The position numbers were made by a program, and so were the translations under genes. DNA of 59,221 nt, filler included, from Sphacelaria rigidula (Eukaryota): the NCBI GenBank assembly GCA_964200075.2. It is 4 parts of 4 records of this genome, joined end to end, with 100 filler letters (N's around TTAATTAATTAA, not from the genome) between each part and the next. Parts side by side here need not be neighbours in the genome. Positions count along the whole stretch, not along the records: positions 1 to 14,738 come from CAXNAA020002072.1; positions 14,839 to 29,571 come from CAXNAA020002073.1; 2 more parts are not named here. One strand, given 5' to 3'. Under the pieces are notes generated by a model. It did not search any database. It had not been told where the DNA came from and saw nothing but the letters and a program-made list of their open reading frames with translations. Below, in pieces: positions 11,050-23,983 of this stretch; the stretch's first letter is position 1, and every line of letters begins with the position of its first letter.

Positions 11050-14000
11050 TGAGTAGAGCAGTTTGTGTCCGGTTAACTTGTGGGTTGTTGTTTCTTTTCT
11101 CTCCCTTTTATTTTTTTGCCACTAAATTTTAACAATTACACTGGGTAAATGAGGGAAAGTGCTGATAGCGTTGGGATTTGGATATGAAACTGAACGCATT
11201 CGGAACACAACCCTCAGGTGTTCAACACTCCTGACAAATCACTGCAATAAGCGACTATATCTGATTCAACACTTGCAGACATGAAACGCTATGAGGCGGA
11301 TCGTTCTCAAATCTTGTAAACAGCACAGCCGAAGAATAGCATAGCTTCACAAAAACCAAACGCATACGTTGTAAGATGGCAAAATAGAAAAATAACTTGA
11401 TGAATAGATCTGGAATATATTTACATCAAAAAAAGAACACATGAGTTGACCGTAATGTAGCAGGATATTGTGCCGGTTACCAGTATTTTCACCATGAGTC
11501 GTCACGGAAGAGTCGCGATGCGGTCTTGATATACCGCACAGTTCAAGAAAGGACTATTGTCATTCGTTGAGTGTGAAGGCACAGTGAAAGCAACATAATG
11601 AAAGAAATAAAACGTAAAAGCATCCACACAAGTGATAAACACTGTAACACCAGAGTGAAGCGTGGCACGCACAATGGACTAATGGAGGGAGCGACTGTTA
11701 CGAACGCGATTATCATAGCCCTTGGAAATATGAGATAAGATACGCGATGTTCAGTCACACCCAACAGTCAGTCCTGTCATGTGAACAAATGACGTACAGC
11801 AATCACCCAACCGAGAAAACCACTATATGGTATTCAACGCGGACACATACCATCCTCGATGTACCGTGCTTCCGCATCCCGGCATGGCCTGGTGGGGGAT
11901 GAACGGTCGCCACGCATTTCGCATTTAGCGCCGTTTCTCTCGTGATGACACATAAACCCAGGACAAGGTCGTGGGGTAAAGGTAGTAAAGTGTAAGGTCA
12001 GCACAAGCTGGGAGCTCTGAGTACATGAAGATAAGAGCATACCCTGGTCTTATCACTACTGTCGCGTATCGACTCGTTCCGTGTCGAGCACTGAATTCGA
12101 CACAAAACTTCTCACATAAATAAGGGTAAGAAAAGGGCTCCATCATCCAATGCAATAAGCACAGACATATATATCAGTAAGCGAGGAAATGTATGTGTGT
12201 AGACTTTGTACTGCGAATAGAATCCCAAAATATAAAATATGCGAAACCCACTAAAACCGTGTATTTCCCAGAGCAAAAACGATCACCGCAATAATGATAT
12301 CCGGTGATGCAGCACAATCGAAAACACAAGGGTGACAAGCACAAACACGATCAAATATATATATAGGTAGCAAGGTTGAGCAAAAAATACAATACTACAG
12401 TTCCCAAAAGCTACGCTGTCACCGCAAGGATGAAACCCTGTGGTGTACTGGCAGCGAGAGCGTCGCTAAGGTGTGAGCCGGACGCAGGGGCCGTCGCGGC
12501 AAAAAGCCCAAGAGCATTGCGGGTGAGTGGCAATTCAGCACGTAATAACAATATTTTCGTGAGATTGAGAGTAGTGGATACGATTGAGAGTGAAAAACGG
12601 TCAATTAGTGAGTGAATCGTTTTAGTTCCGAAATGTCCCTCCACGGGACTCAGTTTGTTTTCTGTAGTAGCTTGCCACTGAGACCCTTGATATCCCTGAG
12701 TAGGATATCGACCTGTAGCTGTAAGCACACGCCAGTGATAGAGGCAAAGAAAAGGAAACACGGAATGAACAATCGGCCAAGTTAAAGCGAATGATTAAAG
12801 CCACTCTCAATCAACACTCTACTATCAATATCACGAAAACGTTTTTTATTGTGGTCATCACATGTGCTTTTCTCCAGAGTGTTAGTGCTCGTAATCGTGA
12901 AGCTGTTGTTGCATGAAATGCAACAGTGGGCAACTGTTTTTCATCGCTCCTTTTTTCATTATTTCTGGTTCAACAATCTTGGCCCTATAGTTTGAGGATG
13001 GGACTGCCAGTACATGTTGCTACGATACCCTCCCGGTTCTATTCCCAGTCTCGGCCCGTACCTGAACTGGATAATGTTACCTGTGTTGCTGGACGGACTC
13101 CCGGGTGTCTTGCTGCATGTGTGGTGTTATGCTCAAGGTCGCATGTATAATCGTGTTGTGGTGCGGTACCGACAATGGCATGGTTCGCGGTACTCACAGA
13201 AGGGCTCTGGGACGTTACTACAAAAAGAAAACGAATGAAGAAAAAAGATTCTTCCGATAGATGGATGGGTGGGAGCTGATCGAGTCACCCACAATTGTAC
13301 CTGTCATTTGACGCCCCAACTCAAGCCAGTGTTTGCCCGGTACGGGATAGACCTGTGGACGGTTCTCTTGTGCATAGATTTCCTCAGCTGCATGGTGTAA
13401 AATTAAATAAATCAAATGTATGGAAGTTACTCGCAGGCGAGCAGACTGGATATATCGATTTTTCAATGCGAAAAATGAGCCAATCCTTCTTTTTGTTGTT
13501 GTTGTTGTCGCGGCGTCGGTGTAGTATATTAATCACGTTGCTTCCACGACATATTCTCACATGTGAGTAGACATTGTGTATTGTTTGACATTTCATGGGT
13601 GATGATGGGACCATCATGCATCATGTAGTGTATGTTATGAGTAAAGTATTTGTCGGTTCTGTCTATGAAAAAATGTTATATCGCCGCTTTCTTGACAAAA
13701 AAAAGAAAGAAAAGAGTGAGCTCACATCCCGTATGAAACAAGCGTATATCAGATCTATTCGGCGCTGGTGAGCAACCTATTATGATGCCGATGGTTCAGA
13801 TTTTCTTCTTGAAAAAAAATATATATACAGAAAAAAAAATGAGTAGCAATTCAACTCATATGTCGGTGCTTACTCAGTCGGCGATATATCCCCTGAGTCT
13901 GAGTCGGTCGTGTGTAGGCGTACAAAAAAATAGAGGAAGAAATACAGAGTAAGGCTGAAAAAAAATGCAAAAAAATCAAATAAAACGCTGGGTGGGGATT

Positions 14001-14738
14001 GCTAGCGGGCAAACGATCCTGAAAAATGATTTATTTTATGCGGGACATGAGCCATTTCCTTTTTGTATATATTTTTTTATTTGTCGTTGGGATCTGTCGA
14101 GACCTGTAGTCTGTTGACCGCGTTGCCGACACAGAATGTTCATGTTAGCTGTTCGCATTTGATTAACATTTCGTGATAGTTGTCGATGGGATGAGTGAGC
14201 ATCGTGTTTCTTTCATTGAGAGGGAGTTACATGCCTGTTCAGAGGAGAACAATGACCTAGGTGCATGTCGTTTTATTACCGGTCATGTCCAAGGAAAGGA
14301 GGCAAAAAAAAAAGGAACTGAGCTCATGTCTCGCATAAAAAAATGCTTTCTTAGTTCCGATTTGTCTTGCAAACAATCAATGTATCACTGTTCGGGCAAT
14401 ATTGTGCACGGAAGAATACGCGTTGCCCTGGATGTGAGTCTGGTCGATCGTAGTGTCGGTTACGCTACGTCGTAAGAGCGATGGGGGCGCTCCCATGCAA
14501 GGTGAATACCTGTCTGCTTGTAGCATGAAAATGAGGGACATACGGTACATGGGGGGCCAGATAAAAAATACGGCGTGGGTGCCACTTGTTGAAGAGTAGA
14601 ACCGGATATAACAGTGTTTTCGTGAGACTGAGAGTCTACGATACGATTGAGAGTAGGGTTTTCATGGCTTTCAGCGGCCGGTTGTGCCTGCATCATTAAT
14701 GGACAAAACGCTTACCTCGCACATTGGTGCAAAATCCT

Positions 14739-14838
14739 NNNNNNNNNNNNNNNNNNNNNNNNNNNNNNNNNNNNNNNNNNNNTTAATTAATTAANNNNNN
14801 NNNNNNNNNNNNNNNNNNNNNNNNNNNNNNNNNNNNNN
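14739..14838. other. Scaffold gap placeholder (N44-TTAATTAATTAA-N44)
   Basis: Identical 100-nt linker with stops in all frames occurs three times in the window. Confidence 0.98.
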
Positions 14839-14944
14839 GTTTTTCCCAAAGGGAGGACCCGGGGAAAACCCCCCAACCCCCCCGGGTGGTTAGACCCCCC
14901 CCCCCTGTAGTCCCCCCCCCCCCCCCCCCCCTCTTTTTTCTCCA

Positions 14945-15330
14945 CCTTTCTCGCTACACATGTGTTCTTCCCTGCCAGTGTATAGCAGGGCAGTGTGGTT
15001 ACTTGCTTCTTTTTGGTCTTTTGTTTTCCACGACTGGGTATGAGTGTGGTTTTGCGCAGGACCTTGTACGCCGAAGCCATGTAGCAGAGACCGGCCATTT
15101 CTTTTGCTTTGCTTTGCTTTCCGTTGAATTTATTTATCTTCTTTTTTCCCGTCTTGGTCTACTACGTTGTTTTGTTCTACTTCTTCTGTGTTTTCTTCTT
15201 TATTTTCGCAGGGAGTGTTTCAGTTTAGCTTTGTCTTGGTTACGTTTATGATGTAACCACGGCTGGATCCCTGGGGGGGGGAGGGGCAGTTAAAGTGCGA
15301 CAATCAATCAGTCAATCGATCAATTTATCA
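14945..15330 (+). mobile_element. 3' end of a non-LTR (RTE-like) retroelement family with a (CAAT)n tail
   Basis: accacggctggatccctgggg..cagt.aaagtgcgacaatc is shared with the inverted copy at 35240-35285. Confidence 0.6.
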
Positions 15331-15468
15331 ACAGCGATGACAGTAAATCTCGGTGTGCGGCAATCGGGTTATGAAACGATTGAACCCGCGTGATATGAAC
15401 ACTACAATGTCATATTGCGTCAACAAGCCGTGGTTTGTAGTAGCAACACAGGCGAGCGAGTTTCTGAC

Positions 15469-15959
15469 TTGCATTCTCCATCGCGTACCATTGAGATCAT
15501 ACCTGCACGAGGAGAACGCGAGCCCGAGTTTTTGAAGATTCAAATCAGGATCATGAGCGGCCACGGCAGGACCATCCCATTTGCACGTGAGGTTGTCACA
15601 ACCCACACACAAAACGCAACACTGTACCGTCGTCTATCGTACAGGATCCAGATCACGAACAGTTATATCCATGATGGCATACTGGTTCTCACCTTCCCGC
15701 CTCCACCACCAGATATCGCCACGATCTCTGCTTGCGAAGATGTTGAAGTGACAACCCGAGCAGCACCAACACCAGCGCCAGCACTTGGTCCAAATGGCGC
15801 GGCGGCGGCGCCGACCAGAGCAGGGGGTCTACTAGAAGAGCGTGGTGCAGCATTGACGCGGCCTCCTGCTGGTGCTAAAGCAAACGCATCCAGTTGTGCA
15901 GAAAGTAGCACCACAGCAAGCTGTATGAGCCCGAGGGCCTTCCGTTCCGCTCTCATCAT
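15469..15959 (-). CDS. 5' fragment of a gene for a probably plastid-targeted protein (signal peptide + AF motif + transit-like region); remaining exons not found before the gap
   Basis: Exon 1 15959-15693: MMRAERKALGLIQLAVVLLSAQLDAFALAP followed by an Ala/Ser/Arg-rich stretch, donor AAG|GTGAGA. Candidate exon 2 15502-15469 reads YDLNGTRWRMQ, with a phase conflict at the junction. Confidence 0.55.
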
Positions 15960-16244
15960 TGCCTCGGCTTTGATGGTGCCAGATTGGGCTGTTCCCCAGC
16001 GCCGAGCTATGCTCTTCTCCGCCACATTAGCTCACAAAGACCCGTGGCCAGTGGCCAGCTACAATATATTCGGAATAGTTCCCATCCGATAGAGGTTATG
16101 CCGCAAATGCGGGAAAACAAAAACATGAACAGTTTGTCCATTTTTTCGTCTACTGTAGCTCATCGCTACAGCACCTCCACATTCGCGTTCCGTACAGCCA
16201 GTACCACACGGCCACGGTTCCCGAAAGTACGGTGCGGGGCAAGG

Positions 16245-19200
16245 ATGTCTTTAAGTTTTGAAGGTCAGTTGCTGCATTTCGCTGCCCTGCGATGGTACCA
16301 GCGTGGATCAAAGTACGATTGGTTATCGATGAAATCGCATCTGAGGTCTTTTCGACGTACTGTACTGCTAATGAGTAGTTTGTCCGCACTTCAGCTTAGT
16401 GCATGAGGGGTGGTTAGCAGCACAACGGATGGATGGCCTCTTCCGGTGATCATCTACCGCTTCTTAAGTGTAGCAGCACAACTCAGGGATACTTGTCTAC
16501 ACCGCAGCATGCACGACGTCACGCTGATTGACTTTGTCTTATCTGTCTCGGTTCTCTCTTCTCGCGCACTGCAGGTGATGTCTCAGTAGACACTGCAGAT
16601 GCGGCCGACGTGTTGAGCCGCATGGACTACATCATTGCCTCCTTAGAGAAGGCGGGCATTCCGTTGGCGGAACTGATGCACTTCAAGAAAATCATCGAGC
16701 TCAATCGCTCCCCAGAGTTTGGCGCAGGGGCTACCGATGTTGCCGATGATGCCAGTGGTGCCGCAATTGCGGAAGGTGCCCTAGAAAAGCTCCAACAAGG
16801 GGTTTATCGTTTTGCTCCGGTGTGGAAAACGCAATGGGTAAGGGTCCTCCCTGGAGAAATGCAGGTGTTCAAGTCAAGCAACAGACCCGAACCCGGAACA
16901 CCGCTCTTGTTCAGCCTGCCATTGAGCGTTCAACAGACGAGAATCGAGTCAGGTTCGACCCGAAAATGAGTAAATGCGGAGATGCGACTACGCACAATCT
17001 CGCCATTTCCAAAGCTAGGTGTTCGCACCCTCCTTGGCTACCGTGTAGACTCGGCGGCATGGATCCACCTCCTGTGCTACCACCAGTAGCTTCCTTCCGC
17101 TCCGATGAACGGCAACGCTTGGAGTGAAATTTGTGTCAATTTTTTTCGCAAGTCTTCGTAGCCTTAGAAATAGTAATATGGTATCGTGACCTCCTTATCT
17201 GGCTACAGTATTGCCCTGCAATCTCCAACAGGTACCGAGGCACTATGCAAGAAACTGGGGAGGAAGGCGATCGTAATGGTCGGTAGCAATACGGCTATCG
17301 GTGGTACGGTGCGGTGCGTCACACTGGCCGCGAAGGACGATCTCGCGGTGCAGCAATGGAACAAGTCTCTTGAAAAGGTAAGTAATCTCCTACTTTCCTG
17401 ATGACATGCATCCAACATCGTACAACGGCTACTGTGACCCCCACTTCGCGTTTCTCATACTTATACGCATGCCGGGGGACTTGTAAACTTCAAGTGCTCT
17501 GTAGTACTGACATAAGCTGCACTTCACTTAATTCAAGTGAGATGTCCACACATGTAACGAGCCATGACTCGTGGTGACTCTCGTCTGATGAATTATTGAA
17601 AAAGTTGAGGATAAGTGTCGCTCAAGTTCTTCCAGCCACGGAAACGAAGACAAGTCTGGTTTGAGTCCTAGACGCCATCATTACTTTCGTTCATTATCGA
17701 CACTGTTTTTCAGAGATCTCCGAATTTTCCGGGGCTGGCAAGATAGCTGATGGCTCTCGAATGCTTGTGAGCGCCACGGCGTGCACAACGAGCAGCTCTT
17801 GCGAAGTTCTGCGTCGCAGTCCGAGTTTTTTCAGACTTTTCCAAAATAAAACTTCGAGAAAAAACCAAACCGCTTCATTTTCGGAAAAGACTGAGCGCTG
17901 AGAGGCCGTAAAACAGTGTCCATAACAATGGGCCTAACTTGTGGGTCCGACAAGTCATTCTGCAAAGATGAGACCGATTGAGACTCAAGTCCTACGATTC
18001 ATGACGAAATCATGAAAACGAGTAGGACTCGATGGTTGACCCCTTCATTCGGTGGGGTGTAGATGTATGAGTCTGCCACTGGCTGTTGTTCGTCATCCCG
18101 GTCTTGTACATGACAGTAACAAAAATAGAGAGAATGATTTTTGTGGATAGCCTAATGACGGAGCTTAAGGCTGCAATGAAAAAAGCGACAAGAGCAACCT
18201 TCTGCGGACGACCACAGAACTGTCACCCATCAGGTAGCTCTCTGTCACTAACTTTGCGTATCGCGGTGGTGTGGTCTTGGGCCTGTGATGGTTTGTAGGA
18301 CGCTTCTTATCTTCTCACGCACTAGATCAGAGGGAAACAAGAAGCAAGAACAAACAGCAAATTCACAGATTTGGCACAGGCTGATGTATTCAGTATATAC
18401 ATGTACACGCATACGTGGAAACGTGGCACTACGTAGGAGTCCACAAGATATTCCGTCATGTCTAGACCACTATGTTAACCCGCCGAGGTACGACCACATT
18501 CAATATCTGTGCGTAAGCGAGTGTGTGCGTGTCTGCGGGAGGTTGTGTTTGTACGGATAACATTTACTGTGTGTGGCAATAACATGACATGTATATAGGA
18601 GGTGCTATGCACTTGTGTAGAGTCTTCCGTGTCCTCATGAACTCCTCATACCTGTAACTATTCAAATTTCTTTGTATATTTGTCCGAGTACGAAATACCT
18701 CAAAGTGAAAGATTCGACGGACAAATTGAGAAAAAATAACTTATTCTCATCAGCTGAGAGTACATACCCCCGTCTAGATATACCCATCAACGGAACTTCA
18801 GTTCAATGTCATATAACCGTCTCGAAATCCGACCGTTTGAGTGTCAAATATGACTCAAGTCCCAGGAGACATCTAGGAAAAACGAGGACGAGTCTGTCTC
18901 AAGTCCTACGCGTCGTGCGGGAAACTGAGGATGACTCTGACTCAGTTTCTGCTCGTCACTCATTGACTCGTATGACGAAGTCCTATGAGCCATCCACTCT
19001 CCTAGTAATTGCCGTATCCGACGAGGCGAAGGCAGTACCTACAACTACATCCGGTGTGTTGATCTGTCTCACAGGCCATGTCGCAGGAGGGGCATCTGCT
19101 TGGCGCCAGTATCTTCCGCGCGAGTCAAGCCGGTGACATCTTGCGCGTGAAGGAGTTGATAAGGCGCGGTGTCTCTGTCAATTGCACCAATGCCTACGGT

Positions 19201-20680
19201 TGTACCCCACTGCATTATGCCATCAAGACCGCCGCTGTCTGCACCACGACAGTAGCACGCGGGAGCGAGGAGTCAACTTCCGACGAGGCAAAGGTTCGTT
19301 ACAGTACTTTAGATGCTCGAGGCTATACCATCAATGATTTGTAATGTCCTCGCAACGCGTTGGTGTGTCTTGCTCTGTTGAAGAAAGAAGGGATGAAGTA
19401 CTGTGCTCATGTACCGCCGTTCATGCTCGCAACTAGGTGAAAGCTCAGGATGCTCTTCGTGTGATCGCATTCCTCATGTCTAATGGCGCGGACGCGAGAG
19501 CAGTCAACAACGTGGGAGACACCCCTAAGGACGTGGCCTGCCGTCTCACGAGTGGCCTCCCGAAGACACGCAAGCTCTTAATCTCGATCCTAGATTCGAG
19601 CAAGTACGAAGTCAGCGGAGGCATTATTTTTATTGTTCCGGGTAAGCCCCAACCCACACGAGTAGAGAAGGAAGACGCTGTTGAAAATTTGCCCGACCCC
19701 CAGGCGATAGTACGAGCGGATGGTGTGAAATTTTCACCTTCCCGAAGGAACCAGAGAGCGAGGACAACGAAGGAGATCGTGAAATCTCGGCAACCTCACA
19801 CTGTGGAAAAAAAAGAATGCTTCCCCGCTCGGGCGGTATCTAAAAGCATACCGACACTTCCTCGTGGAGACCATGAGAGTGCGGTTGGTGGGACGAACCA
19901 CCACCTCGCCGCTGCATTTTCTTCGCGTAGGAATATGAGGCGGCAAGCGTCTCGTTACACGAGGAATGGAACCGACATGCGTCCGGCTGCTGCTGATGTG
20001 CGTGATACCTCCGGCGAGGATCAGCAACAACCGGATATCGGGGTCATGTTCAGGGACATGAGAATGGTCAAGAACTCATCAGTACTCCTCAACAGAGGAT
20101 CCAAACGCAGAAGGTTGCGTGCTCATTGCGAGTCGCGGCCAATCACGTGTTCGGCAGGAAACAGCAGAGGTCAGCTCAGAGACTCCGACGTTGCGAGGCC
20201 GACAACCACTGGCCACAGTACTGGTATTTCAAGTCCTGGCATCCATGATCATGTCGGGTCATCCGAGTCCTGGTCCAGCAGGAGACAGCAGGCACGTCGA
20301 CGGCGACATACACCTGGAGGCGAGCGTGGAATGAAACTTGCAGAGACGTCAAATGCTCGGAGGGAAAAGCACGACACTGTACCAGACTTCGAAGCTCGTC
20401 GGCAGATATCGCAGTGGCTGCGCGAAAGCGCGGGTAATGTGGTGACAGTGCCCGCCACAGGGGGTTCCAGACTCGGCGGCCATCTTACTGAGAAGAGTGG
20501 TTTCGTGGCAACAGATGACCGCAAGGAAGTCTACCGAGCGCTTCGCACCATCAAGGGTGAGGGTCGAGGGGAGCTGATCAGCTCAAAAAGGCTTCGAGCC
20601 ATGCTTTGTCGTACTGGGCAACGCCTGAGACCCGAGGAGATGAACGACCTGCTCCGCGAGGCAGATCCGACCGACACCGG
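16245..20680 (+). CDS. PH domain + ankyrin repeats + degenerate calmodulin-like EF-hand protein (3' end unresolved)
   Basis: In-phase exons 16245-16263, 16575-16952, 17232-17377, 19075-19293, 19437-20680. PH: EGALEK..WKTQWVRV..MQVFKS..LAAKDD..QQWNKSLEK. ANK: GCTPLHYA and GADARAVNNVGDTPKDVA. EF-like: ISSKRLRAML..GQRLRPEEMNDLLREADPTDTG. Confidence 0.8.
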
Positions 20681-21654
20681 GTGCGTTTTCGTTTCGCTTG
20701 AGTACGCTATGCATGTTGTGTGTTTAGCAACAAAGCACGGTTCGGATGAATCAGAGTTCGTGAGGGTTGAGCCCCGATGGATGCTGAATGCGAACTATGT
20801 ACCAAAGAGTCATCCGGTATGGATCCCGAGTGGTGAAGTTGTACGTTCGAGGTCATACCGCACGAGTCACGAACTGGGAATGTGTACACTTCGAATAGTG
20901 TCACACGAATCTAGAGTGCAAACTATGAACGAAGCACAGTAAATTCCTGTATGAACTATCCGGTGAGATGCATGTGCACTTCAGATTGCACAGCACTATG
21001 CTGTGCTGTGCTATAGTGTACTGCCCGTTGACTGCAGTGGGCGCTGCGGGGATGTTTCCGAAAAGTCAGGCAAATATGCAGGGACGACTCTTGCAGTACT
21101 GGTGCAGTCTGAAGCTGTCTTTGTACTGATTTATATGTTGAGGCCAACTGTATCGCGAAACAAAACATAAAACCGCAGAAAGTCCGCCAGCAGCTTTGCT
21201 TGGGAAATTGAACGGCTAGAAGAACCGCTTCAGGCGCGCATATGCGTGCTGTGCTATGCTTTACCGTAGTGTGTGCGGACTGCAGTGCACGCTGCCAGAC
21301 TGTTCCGGGGACGACTCGAGCTGATGTTGTCTTCTTCGCAAATATTTGTCGTGTAGTATATAGAATACTCAGTCTGTACCACAGAGCGCATGAAACCATA
21401 AATGAAACTACATGTCAACAGCACAGCTCGGGAAAACAAACGGCTAGAAGAACCGCTCTGAGCAAGCATACGCGTATGTTGTACAATATTTGATGTGTTA
21501 CGTGTGAGTACAATTTTGAAATTAGGTTTATTGCGGATTTGACTCTTGACCCCTTGACCGTGAGGGTAGGTCACCTGCTAAATCGGCATCTATATTCACT
21601 TGAAAAAAGTATGCTTGACCCAGATGGACTACCCGCACCGCTAAGGGTCAAGGA

Positions 21655-22481
21655 CCCTTCCTATCGAAGGGGATTTTCCCCCTTTTCAAATTCCCCTTTT
21701 TGAAAAACGACCGCTGATTGGTCGATGCGATACTACCCCCCCCAAAAACGCGCCCAGAAATCTGCTCTTGGCGGGGAATTCAGGGTGTGCAAAACACTTC
21801 CTGAATTCCCCTTTTCAAAACGGGATTTCCGCACACCTCGAAGGGTGACATATATGTCAGGTTGACTGAAAGGGACACATGCAAAGGCTTACCACACAAC
21901 CCAACACAATCAGAGCTGAACCTCCTGAGGAATGTGGTGCCCCCGCAAACCAAAGACACACAGCTCGAGCCGCAGCTGCTCGTCAGCTTTGCACATTGTA
22001 CGTGACGTTGCTCACATCTGTTCAAAATTCATTAGGAAATTATTATCTGGGTGAGACGTGCGCACAGCACACACTCATAAACAGGCAGCAACGACACACT
22101 TGAGGTTATTTTTGACACGCACGCGGCCGCCATTCGTCCAATACACAACGGATTTCCGTCAAACAAAGACTGCTGTGTGTAGATAGCAAGGGCTAGCAGT
22201 TGGACTCATGCACGTGTGTGATGGTTGTCTATGCGTGTTTTTCGGGGCTGGGTGTGTACAGTAGGTGTTGTATTGCCTTGTTGCGTCTTTTCTGTAGCAT
22301 TACAGATACCTTGGACCAGGAACCACTTGCAGACCCGCCGCATTGCTGAACTTGCGTTCAGATCTGCGGTTCGATTTTCACAAAACTGCTTCTCGACAGG
22401 ATTCAGAGCTGGTCATTATGGGGCCAATCCCCGGTCAAAAGGGATTTTCAAAAAGAGGAATATATCCTTAGATAAGAAGGG
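21655..22481. mobile_element. Non-autonomous DNA transposon/MITE with ~55-bp imperfect TIRs
   Basis: cccttcctatcgaaggggattttcccctttt.. at 21655 versus ..aaaaagaggaatatatccttagataagaaggg ending at 22481; no clear TSD. Confidence 0.6.
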
Positions 22482-22559
22482 CCGGGCCGTAAGGGGAACG
22501 CGACCTGTACGCTCTTATTTGCCCACCCCACCTGCAAAAAGGCCGCGCCAACGAAGAGT

Positions 22560-23000
22560 TGCGTCCCATGAAATGACTGGTCGCACACAACATGTTCCCA
22601 TTATAATGCCATATGAACAAAAGGTGGGGAGCAAGTACGAATGATTCATGCTGTATGAATGATAAGTAGGCGACATGCACAGTTGATTAATCTCGCATGA
22701 ATGGGTGGGGAACATGTACACTTGATTCATGCTGAATGAACGTAAATTTCGGAAACATGTACACTTGATTCACCTCGTATGAATGGGACTGTGGAGAACA
22801 GATTTCTATTATTCATGGTGCATGAATGAAAGGGGAGAAACATGTATATATGATTCAACGGCGTGTGAGTGGCAGGTGGGGAGCGTGTGCCTACGATTCA
22901 TGCTTCATAAATGGAAATTGGGAAACCTATCATCATCCATACCATACGAATGGAAAGTAGGAAACGTGTACCTTCGACGATGTACCGCACGAATCACGAG
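22560..23000. repeat. Degenerate minisatellite, ~42 bp x ~10
   Basis: Consensus approximately atgaatgg.aagtgggaa.catgtacacttgattcatgc.gt; the adjoining 22965-23080 resembles 20840-20940. Confidence 0.75.
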
Positions 23001-23983
23001 CTGGTAATGTGTACACTCGAAGTAATGTCGCATGCATCACGAGCCCAAAACATGAACGAGTCGCAGCTTGTGTACGAGTCAGATCATTGGTTCGTACAAA
23101 TGCTGAATACAGTCTTACGCCAAAAAAAAAAGCAAGTCAACTGCCAAGATTCCCGCATTCAAATATCAATACGCACCTCATATATCTTTTGACGGTTCAA
23201 CAGGGTTTAGTACTTTATTTTCAGTACAAATCAAGGGATATTTTGCTTGTGGATTTCTCAGCCGTGTCTGTTGTAACCAGCCTGAAACTTGGCACAGAGG
23301 TAGACCACAACACAGACAGCATATTCCCGGAGTGGCGGCACGTTTTACGTGGTGCGCTAGTGAAACGAAGCAAAATACGGATTTTGGTCAATGCCATCGA
23401 TACGCCCTCGAAACGCAGTCCCCTCGGCCCAAACTGCGTGAGACGTCAGTGGATGCATATGTTGACACGCAGATACGCTCACTTCCTGCCGGGTGGCTCC
23501 TGCCCCGGCAAACGAACACATCGATCCGTATTGCGCACATTCTGGATGATGTCACTCTACGCGGTACCTATCTTGGTATCTCCTGTAGAGGTGCTCACTG
23601 CAGGAGACACGGCCGTGCAAGCGCTTTTAGTGCTTTAACGTGCTGAAACTTCGACCACATGTCATGTAGACCACAGACGACAACATCATCTTGCTGAATC
23701 TGAGGTTGCGCAGTGTGTGCGTGCGTATTGGGCGAAAATATATCGGATTCTGTTCCGATTTTTTATTTTAGTTTATTTTGGCGTAAGACTGGAATCATTA
23801 TATTTATTGAATCAATTAATTAGAATTAGTTAGAATTAATTCATTAATTAAAGATTGTTTGAGGATGGATGGTTGGATTTTATTTTTTGGACATGGGAAA
23901 GCCAATATGAAACAAAAATGGATAAAATAGGCACTTTGCCGGTAGGAAAAGGTAACGGCCTTGACCTTCAATCGCCGTCGAAG

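Noticed and set aside
11100..14700. Short ORFs as host or viral genes
   Set aside because: No recognisable motifs or consistent exon chain; probably ancient repeat debris.
14783..14794. TTAATTAATTAA motif between N-runs, recurring about every 15 kb
   Set aside because: Artificial scaffolding linker with stops in all six frames; not biological.
16961..16975. In-frame TGA or apparent AT donor in the PH exon (readthrough, selenocysteine or non-canonical intron)
   Set aside because: An ordinary GT-AG intron at 16953-17231 removes it and keeps the frame.
22560..23000. Regularly spaced ~42-bp array as a CRISPR
   Set aside because: The units are wholly degenerate tandem copies with no conserved-repeat/unique-spacer alternation, there are no cas genes, and the context is a eukaryotic intron.
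23742..23770. Hairpin + T-run (atcggattctgttccgattttt; similar at ~44803) as an intrinsic terminator
   Set aside because: Eukaryotic context; more likely the end of an interspersed repeat.
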